Virus record (IMG/VR): IMGVR_UViG_3300033489_000001
Span: 286,023-350,022 of that record
DNA: 64,000 nt
DNA from: a virus
Taxonomy: Duplodnaviria; Heunggongvirae; Uroviricota; Caudoviricetes
Reading direction: 5' to 3' (one strand)
Shown here: positions 57,468-64,000 of the stretch, one piece after another
Layout of the letters: every line of letters begins with the position of its first letter
Position numbering within the stretch: the first letter of the stretch is position 1
Program-made: the position numbers and the translations under genes
The notes under the pieces: generated by a model
Databases searched by the model: none
The model's input: the letters and a program-made list of their open reading frames with translations, nothing else
What the model was told of the DNA's origin: nothing

Positions 57468-58093
57468 TATAAGTAAAGCAATGCCCAAGATCCTAAATAT
57501 ATCCGCTTTCCAGAGGTATTTTGAAAACGAATGATAAAAGAAGTTCCTTGATCAGGGACGGGAATATTGAGAACTTCACCGTTAAGTACTGTGTTATAAG
57601 TACTACCTCCATTAAAACTGATCCCACAAACTAAATTGACTCCCGTTTCTTCAACATAGGTTCTCTGAAATCTATCAGCTTTGTCATCTGAATCTGTAAA
57701 TATGTATTCTTCCCAAACCAACACGCATTGAGTGGGAGCAAATCCAAGTACATGGGATACTGAAAAGCATAATCCTGCATCGAGGAGGAAAGCATTTACC
57801 CAACCTGAAGTAACGATAATTCCCGTAGTTCCAGATGCAGCCAGATTAAAACTAGCCCCACCCATACAGGTATCGGCAAGGATATCCGTAAAACCGGCAT
57901 AAGAAGCTAACAACCCATCATATTTGGCCGTCAATAAATCGGTAATATTAGTTGGATTGTTGTGTATAGCCACACCATCAGGAACGCGGATAACCGTTGA
58001 TCCTGTGGCTTCTGATTGACCAGTTTCTGCTGTAAGGACATCAGTAATGTCTCCAGCAGTTGTGAACGGATCTATTAAATAATGTATCGACAA
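57467..58093 (-). CDS. putative structural protein
   Basis: Beta-rich, SFNGG motif; tail-block context. Confidence 0.65.
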   Translation of the reverse strand: MSIHYLIDPFTTAGDITDVLTAETGQSEATGSTVIRVPDGVAIHNNPTNITDLLTAKYDGLLASYAGFTDILADTCMGGASFNLAASGTTGIIVTSGWVNAFLLDAGLCFSVSHVLGFAPTQCVLVWEEYIFTDSDDKADRFQRTYVEETGVNLVCGISFNGGSTYNTVLNGEVLNIPVPDQGTSFIIRFQNTSGKRIYLGSWALLYL

Positions 58094-58114
58094 TGCTTAT
58101 CCGGTTTGTTAGAA

Positions 58115-58502
58115 CCGGCCTCCACAATACTTATACCAGAAATTGCTTTCTGATTGATCACTTCCTGCTTCATAGGTCCATAACTCGTAGACCAAGATAA
58201 TTCTTGCGTTCGCTCCAAAATTTCTTGAAAGCTTGATCTAAAGCTCGTAAAGCATATTGAGGACAATCTTTAGCAACTTCAAAAAGCCAAGCAAGTTCGT
58301 CTTTCTTGGCTTTTACCAATTCCTTATGCTCAGCAAAAGCATTAGTAAATTTGTTCTTCCCTTCTTTAGTATTAAATCTCTCAATTCGTCTGGCTAAAGA
58401 CCAATTCCAAGCAAATCTAGTTGCTCCAGCTGATCTAAATAAGAGAGTCCTAACCCTATTATTGGGAACTAACTCTACTCTTATGGCTTTATGACGTTCC
58501 AT
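58115..58502 (-). pseudogene. tnpB: internally deleted tnpB: N-terminal ~100 codons joined to the 3' tail
   Basis: KAIRVEL.P...AGATRFAWNW.L...WL.EV.K...Q.AL..LD.AF..F; followed by ATGAAGCAGGAA (MKQE) tail; no RuvC. Confidence 0.85.
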
Positions 58503-58549
58503 TATTCTTTGTCGATTAATCGAATAAGAATGATATTGACATAGGCTGT

Positions 58550-60565
58550 TTACGGGTATGTTATTGGATTTAATCTTCTCATTGAACGTGCTATATACAA
58601 ATTTTTAGTTGATAGGTACAGAGTGGCTATATAACTGTTATATTTATCCGTAGTCAAGGTATATGGAAAGAAAGAGTAACCACCTGAAGGAGCAAGCTTT
58701 GTATCAACAATATACCAACCCCCATCCAAACCATCCTTAACAATAAAAGTACTATAAGCTCCGGATGGCAATTTAACACCAATGGCATAATGGTGAGCCA
58801 TGTCTTTTCTACAAGTTATGGAATAAAAGGTATAATCACTTTGACTTCCCCATTCAGCAGATAACATTGTTACAAGAGAAAGATTCCAAGTTCCTGTAAC
58901 TGACTCAGCATAAACAAAGTTTCCCTTAGTACCTACTACATTCCAGTTATGGCCAATGGGATCAACATCTAAGTCCAAAAAATCAGGTGTTGGACTAGGG
59001 ACTGGAGATATAAGGCGTTGAGCCCATATTGCAGTTGCCGGATTACCAATACAAGTGTACAACAAACCCGCATTTCCAACGGCCACATTGGTTTGTGTAT
59101 AAGTTGTTTGAGATTTCACCTTGTTAAAAAGCCCAGATGAACCAGTATCAACTTCAACCGCAAAAGCCCAAGGAGAACCACTTGTAATTGTCAATATAAC
59201 TGCATAACCAGCAGGCATTGACATACCACAAGCAATAAATTGATTAGCAGTATAGCAAGACTTACAAAATCCATATAAAGCATAACCGGATATTGTAAGT
59301 ACTGAAGTCCAAGAAGCTGGATTACTTGGATCTGTGCTCGTGTAAATAAGAGAAGCAGAACCTAATGGGCCTACACCACATATGTAAAAGGTACCGTCAT
59401 AAAAGAACCCATCAGTAATAAGTACTGCACTAAGGGTAGTAACCAACGACCACTGCGTACCGTTGGGGCTATAAAATATTTTACCATTAGGGTCACTAGT
59501 ACACAGAACATAGCCCATATCATGCGTTGCATCAAAACCAGATATCAAAACTCCTGGGGGTGAAGAAGAAAAAGTTATTCCGGTGTCTACAGTTTCCCAA
59601 TTTAAAATAGTGGAACGATACGTGGCACGTATAAATTCAGCCATTGTTGATAAAGTGCTTATTCCCGTACCGTAACCAATAGTTATTGTTGGATCATAAT
59701 GAGTTAAGTCCGTTTTTAAATTAATATTGGGAGTGGATATCTTTCCTATCCCTCTTCCAACTCCTCTAGTATCATCTACTCGTGACAAATCACTAATAAT
59801 CCCATTTACTCTATTGGCTGCATGGCTAGCAGGATTTGTTTGGCCATCAGCCCAAGCAGAAGCAGCATTAGCACTTATTTTTCCTAAACCATAATAGGTA
59901 TCACTAGTTTTAGTTAGGTCAGCAATAATTCCAATTACTCTATTAGCTGCACTACCAGCTGGATTGGAAGAACCATCGGCCCAAGCAGAGGCAGCTGAAA
60001 TAGTGATCTTGCCTAAACCACGTCCAGTTAAGTCATGAGACGTAGTTGTCAAATCTGAAATTATCTTATCCAATCTAATTGCAGCATTACTAGCCGGATT
60101 TGTTTCACCATCGAGCCAATCAGGACCAGCTGCTGCTGATATCTTCCCTAAACCATAATAAGTATCAGAAGTAATAGTCAAATCAGTTATGATTTTATCA
60201 AATGCAGCATCGGCATTTGCCGCCGGATTAGTAGTACCATCCGCCCAAGCTGAACGAGCAGGAGCGGTTATTTTTCCTAACCCTCTTACAGTAGAGACGC
60301 TTGTCAAATCAGTTATGATTTTATCTAGCTGAGTCTCTGCATTGGCCGCTGGATTAGTAGTACCATCTGCCCAAGCAGATGACCCCGCTGTGCTAATAGC
60401 CGATGCTGCATGGGCTCCAACCGGATCGGTAATATGCGCGTGTAACGCGGCATCTGAGCTTCCGGAACCTGGAGGAAAGATCAAAGCATTTGCTGGAACC
60501 GTATCCGCCGGAAGGCGACCAGGCCCTGGGCTCACTGTTGTTACTGGATTTTTTGTTGATGGCAT
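58550..60565 (-). CDS. tail fiber / receptor-binding protein
   Basis: HITDP..AH.AS motif; five ~45-aa W.DG..NPA repeats; C-terminal BNR-like beta-propeller (YSPNGTQW). Confidence 0.75.
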   Translation of the reverse strand: MPSTKNPVTTVSPGPGRLPADTVPANALIFPPGSGSSDAALHAHITDPVGAHAASAISTAGSSAWADGTTNPAANAETQLDKIITDLTSVSTVRGLGKITAPARSAWADGTTNPAANADAAFDKIITDLTITSDTYYGLGKISAAAGPDWLDGETNPASNAAIRLDKIISDLTTTSHDLTGRGLGKITISAASAWADGSSNPAGSAANRVIGIIADLTKTSDTYYGLGKISANAASAWADGQTNPASHAANRVNGIISDLSRVDDTRGVGRGIGKISTPNINLKTDLTHYDPTITIGYGTGISTLSTMAEFIRATYRSTILNWETVDTGITFSSSPPGVLISGFDATHDMGYVLCTSDPNGKIFYSPNGTQWSLVTTLSAVLITDGFFYDGTFYICGVGPLGSASLIYTSTDPSNPASWTSVLTISGYALYGFCKSCYTANQFIACGMSMPAGYAVILTITSGSPWAFAVEVDTGSSGLFNKVKSQTTYTQTNVAVGNAGLLYTCIGNPATAIWAQRLISPVPSPTPDFLDLDVDPIGHNWNVVGTKGNFVYAESVTGTWNLSLVTMLSAEWGSQSDYTFYSITCRKDMAHHYAIGVKLPSGAYSTFIVKDGLDGGWYIVDTKLAPSGGYSFFPYTLTTDKYNSYIATLYLSTKNLYIARSMRRLNPITYP

Positions 60566-60577
60566 CTTAGTTAGCCT

Positions 60578-63166
60578 CTACGCTTGGCGTTTGCCCAAAA
60601 GGTTCCCTTTGATTCTAAACACGCTTGCAGTGGTTCGATTATTCGCAAGTACAGGGTCAAAGAAAACTCCGTTAGTCTCGTCAAAGATGGCGTACCGAAG
60701 AAGTAAAATAAGAACTAACTGCCCTCTATGACCTAATGAACTATCTGCTGCTAGTTCAGCTAAAATAGGAAAAATGTCTTTATGCCTATCGGGATCGCTT
60801 AGATCCTGAGCATAAGCATTTGGAACATAACCTGCGGGAACAGTTTTGAAATAACTACGTCCTTCGGAATCAATATCTCCAAGACCTCGAGTAAAGATCA
60901 AAGATTCCGGATTTACCACCATTGGAAGATAAACTGGAAGACTTAGAAAACCGGTTTGAGAATTAAAGTTGGCAACCGAAATGTCTGCATGACCGGACAG
61001 GTCAGATTCTCCTAAATAAGGAGGGGCAGAACCAGGATAGATACCTCCCGTTTGAACATAAGCATACGGGAAAGGATACCCCTCATCTTGAGAACCAGAC
61101 CCCGTTGTAAGAGCATACATGATTTTACTGGACAGCTTTGGAATGACCGTCAAGCTTGTGCTCAATAAAGCATTACGAGCCGCTTGTGGAGCCGCCATAC
61201 GGTAATAAACGGTTATCTGCTCCCCATTTTGAGGAAGAGGTCGAATAGCATTATACGTGACTACAATGTTATCCCCAGGACTAGTTGCGGATGCTAACGT
61301 AATAATACGGCCAGCTGTATCCAAAGTTCCTGCCCTAGGAACTGAATTTACTAAGATAGATAAACCAGCAGTTTGAGCCCGCTCTGGAAGATAAACCTTG
61401 TCTGTTAAACCAGAAACTTCCGCCGCTGCACTATAGGTAATAGGTACAGTCCCATATTCAAGATGTACTTCTCGATGGGGATAATCCAGTTCCTGACTTA
61501 CAATAGAGCTAAATGATACAGGGGCAGTTGCAGGTAATGCTGGCGGCCCTGGGTTATTAATTGAAAAACTAGCGGCACCAAAATCCGCAACAGGCGTGTG
61601 AGATAAACCAACTCCTGTTGGATAGCCTACAAGAAGAGTTACATATAAAGGCTCACTAGTTAAACCCCCCACCGCATGTGTGGTAATACTTAAAGAAGCA
61701 ATAGGAATTGCTCCCAATCCTGTAATGGAGATAATGTGAGGCAAAGCATCGGTTGTTATGCCTGGTGCAGTTGGTGCCCACCACTGAGCACTCAGAATAT
61801 CTAAAAAACGAACGTCAGCAGGAGCGTAGCTATCCCAGTTGAATGCTGCATAAGGATAAACCGCTAAGGGAGAGGGATTAATTGTAACTACGGAACCTTC
61901 TATCCAACCTCCCATGGGGGCATCTACAACGACTGTAACCGCCTCTAAAACTGAACGATCTGAAAATCGTCTACGAACAGCGTCAAACTCACCAATAAAA
62001 GGCCCTGACCCCGTATCTCCTGTAATAAAACCATCCCCACCATGGGCGTTTGTGATCCCTATCTCATTATCCATGAATACGGTAGTGCCCTGATAACCCC
62101 CACCATAAGGAGAGGTATCGGTGATCTCTGTACGCAACGAATTGTCTAACAGGAAGTTTACATTTTTCTCAAGTAATTCCGGCAGTGACCACCCTGAAGG
62201 CGACACTCCCATGCGGAGATCCACAATATCCCCTGCTGCAAAGATGTCATAAAATAGTCCATCAGGGCGATCTGACGGACCTGGAGAAGCTACGCCTCCA
62301 TTATGATTTTGACGTCGATCAAAAGCCGTAGTATTGCGCCTAAACACGGCCAAAAGAGGCACTGCATACATATAACCATCAACTGTTCCGAGGGCATGGG
62401 CTGGATTTCCGTCCCCCGCAATCCACAAGCCGGGGTCACCGTTGCTGGATTGATTTACATAGGGAAATGTTGTTGCAATGCCATTAGGAGCTGCGGCACT
62501 AACAGGAACGGAATTAGCAACTACCGTGGGATCATCTAGTCCGTAAGGAAAGGTAAAAAGATTGACACCTGGGATTACCCGAAGCCGGTATTGAATTTGG
62601 ACGCGCCTGGTTGTTTCTGAACCAACGAAGGTGTCTAAGAGATCATCGGCGTAGTTTAGAGCGACATCATTAGCGGGATCAGTAGCAACGTTACCTTCTT
62701 GCCAAATCCTAACTAAGACGCTCTTTCCTACTATGCTAGGAGAAGCGGAAATAAGCTGACGCCAAACTTCTAGCACCACAAGGTCAGTGCGCTGCGCTCC
62801 CGCTCCAGCCGGGCCTGCCCCAAGATCCAACTTATTAGATCCGGTGGCGTTGGTATGCTGAACTTTGATCAGCCAACCGTTGACATGAGCCTTGATGGCG
62901 TTCGGAATTTCTAACGTGTTAGCAACGGCGGAAGAAGAGAAAATGGCTGAGGTCGCATCCGAAGTAGTTAGGAAGTCATCAGAAAGCCAGCCGGAGGGGA
63001 TAGATGATCGAAGAGCAAGTTGCCCATAACCATCTGAAAGATCCTGCGAGAGTACGAGTTCCCGGTCAAGAATTGGCTTACCCGAGATGAAAACGCAACT
63101 TTCAAAAGCTCTTCCATCAGGAACATCATACCCACTAACTCCTGGACCTAAATACTTGATCGTCAT
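60578..63166 (-). CDS. virion structural (baseplate/tail-associated) protein
   Basis: Paralog of the N-terminus of 50113..54480. Confidence 0.75.
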   Translation of the reverse strand: MTIKYLGPGVSGYDVPDGRAFESCVFISGKPILDRELVLSQDLSDGYGQLALRSSIPSGWLSDDFLTTSDATSAIFSSSAVANTLEIPNAIKAHVNGWLIKVQHTNATGSNKLDLGAGPAGAGAQRTDLVVLEVWRQLISASPSIVGKSVLVRIWQEGNVATDPANDVALNYADDLLDTFVGSETTRRVQIQYRLRVIPGVNLFTFPYGLDDPTVVANSVPVSAAAPNGIATTFPYVNQSSNGDPGLWIAGDGNPAHALGTVDGYMYAVPLLAVFRRNTTAFDRRQNHNGGVASPGPSDRPDGLFYDIFAAGDIVDLRMGVSPSGWSLPELLEKNVNFLLDNSLRTEITDTSPYGGGYQGTTVFMDNEIGITNAHGGDGFITGDTGSGPFIGEFDAVRRRFSDRSVLEAVTVVVDAPMGGWIEGSVVTINPSPLAVYPYAAFNWDSYAPADVRFLDILSAQWWAPTAPGITTDALPHIISITGLGAIPIASLSITTHAVGGLTSEPLYVTLLVGYPTGVGLSHTPVADFGAASFSINNPGPPALPATAPVSFSSIVSQELDYPHREVHLEYGTVPITYSAAAEVSGLTDKVYLPERAQTAGLSILVNSVPRAGTLDTAGRIITLASATSPGDNIVVTYNAIRPLPQNGEQITVYYRMAAPQAARNALLSTSLTVIPKLSSKIMYALTTGSGSQDEGYPFPYAYVQTGGIYPGSAPPYLGESDLSGHADISVANFNSQTGFLSLPVYLPMVVNPESLIFTRGLGDIDSEGRSYFKTVPAGYVPNAYAQDLSDPDRHKDIFPILAELAADSSLGHRGQLVLILLLRYAIFDETNGVFFDPVLANNRTTASVFRIKGNLLGKRQA

Positions 63167-63229
63167 CTTAAGCAGCCTCTTTCATTAGAGAATTATAAGG
63201 AGGGATTCCTCTGGCACTACGCTATGCTC

Positions 63230-63880
63230 TCAAAATGTAAGACGCCAGGTTATTGCAAGTGTTGATGTAGCAGGCTTGGATATTAAATTAAACGTCAAAT
63301 AATTTATGAGACAATCGAAATTAACTAGATTGACCGATGGGTCATAAGAACCATTTGGGGGCAGAACGGGATTTCTAACGGACATGTTAGTTGAACAATT
63401 TCCGCCGATTAACCCCATTTCTTTTAGTGGGCCAACTGCTTCGCTTTCGGCATAAGTCGTGGTGAAGTCTGCCACGTTCGTCGGGATAGCTGTAGGCATC
63501 CCATCGCCATCAATGAATTGAGTGCTTGTAAAAGTCTTACGCGCAAGTTCTGAATAAAGCGACCTTTGCGTCACAGTTGGAGCGGGGGGAGTAATTCCCC
63601 ATCCTGAATCTCCAGTACCAATTGCCAAGGCATAGATCCCGTGAGGAGGTTCTTGAGAATCTTTCATAAGACGACACAGAAGAATTGAGGCGTCCATTAC
63701 AACCAAATTTTTAAGTTCCCTGTGTTCTTGAATTTCCCCTGATACTCCATCTTTCATAGTAATGAAAACATCCCCTCGGATATGATGCTTACTAAAATCC
63801 TCAACTTGAAAGCTCCTAACCGCAAATGCGGGAGCTTTTTCAGCAACTTTTTTGAATGACTCAGAACTCTTCATTCTCAT
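63230..63880 (-). CDS. tail/baseplate structural protein
   Basis: NLVV...AIGTG...L.SELARK...FTTT...EAVG.L.E.GL...I.K......ITW.LTF. Confidence 0.75.
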   Translation of the reverse strand: MRMKSSESFKKVAEKAPAFAVRSFQVEDFSKHHIRGDVFITMKDGVSGEIQEHRELKNLVVMDASILLCRLMKDSQEPPHGIYALAIGTGDSGWGITPPAPTVTQRSLYSELARKTFTSTQFIDGDGMPTAIPTNVADFTTTYAESEAVGPLKEMGLIGGNCSTNMSVRNPVLPPNGSYDPSVNLVNFDCLINYLTFNLISKPATSTLAITWRLTF

Positions 63881-63944
63881 CTCCTCTGTCGCTCTACACC
63901 ATGGCTTTCCCCTCTAGCAACTACATAAGAAAAACCGTAGCGGT

Positions 63945-64000
63945 TTAGACGGTCGCTTCCGCACTCAGGCTAGAATCCCCACGCATACCAAACTGAAGGA
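63945..64000 (-). CDS. 3' end of an upstream gene (partial)
   Basis: Open frame ...LQFGMRGDSSLSAEATV-stop. Confidence 0.4.
   Translation of the reverse strand, partial: LQFGMRGDSSLSAEATV

Noticed and set aside
58550-60565. Diversity-generating retroelement target in the tail fiber
   Set aside because: No reverse transcriptase and no TR/VR pair seen; the repeats are ordinary in-frame protein repeats
399-62539. Numerous short ORFs overlapping long genes on the opposite strand or in another frame
   Set aside because: Shadow ORFs with no recognisable motifs or ribosome-binding sites
1-64000. Alternative genetic code (stop-codon reassignment)
   Set aside because: Long conserved genes are intact in the standard code, and TAA, TAG and TGA all end genes at sensible boundaries
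1-64000. tRNA or rRNA genes
   Set aside because: No cloverleaf with a T-loop consensus recognised in the intergenic regions by eye; tRNAscan-SE would be decisive

Overview
This 64-kb window looks like a segment of a large (jumbo-type) tailed dsDNA phage genome in the standard genetic code, mostly encoded on the minus strand. It holds a replication block (family A DNA polymerase, DnaB helicase, stand-alone CHC2 primase zinc finger, loader-like protein, SNF2 helicase, topoisomerase IB), host-like accessory genes (ClpX, Ycf46-type AAA/DUF1257/DUF2997, nitrilase, NADAR, 5'-nucleotidase, J-domain, two AdoMetDC-like genes, DNA methyltransferases), a holin/lipoprotein/C1-peptidase cluster and a tail/baseplate block. 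Myxobacterial-style lipoproteins hint at a Myxococcota host (inference). The most unusual signals are five. (1) A recurrent peptide tag, [RQN]-V-x-x-[RK]-[FY]-x(0-3)-A, often with nearby [KR]-x-A sites, is grafted onto at least nine mostly unrelated proteins and may be a virion-packaging or maturation-cleavage signal. (2) A DUF4160/DUF2442 toxin-antitoxin-like island carries this tag directly before the toxin domains and is bounded by a duplicated gene end. (3) Three dispersed Cas-less CRISPR-like loci share a leader and hairpin repeats, most ending ATTGAAAC/T. (4) Two copies of a tnpB element have short inverted ends and an 11-bp duplication at the phage's recurrent GGTGTA promoter-like motif. 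(5) A multi-helix intergenic RNA candidate lies at 33.9-34.0 kb. All family assignments are from motif recognition by eye, and no searches were run.
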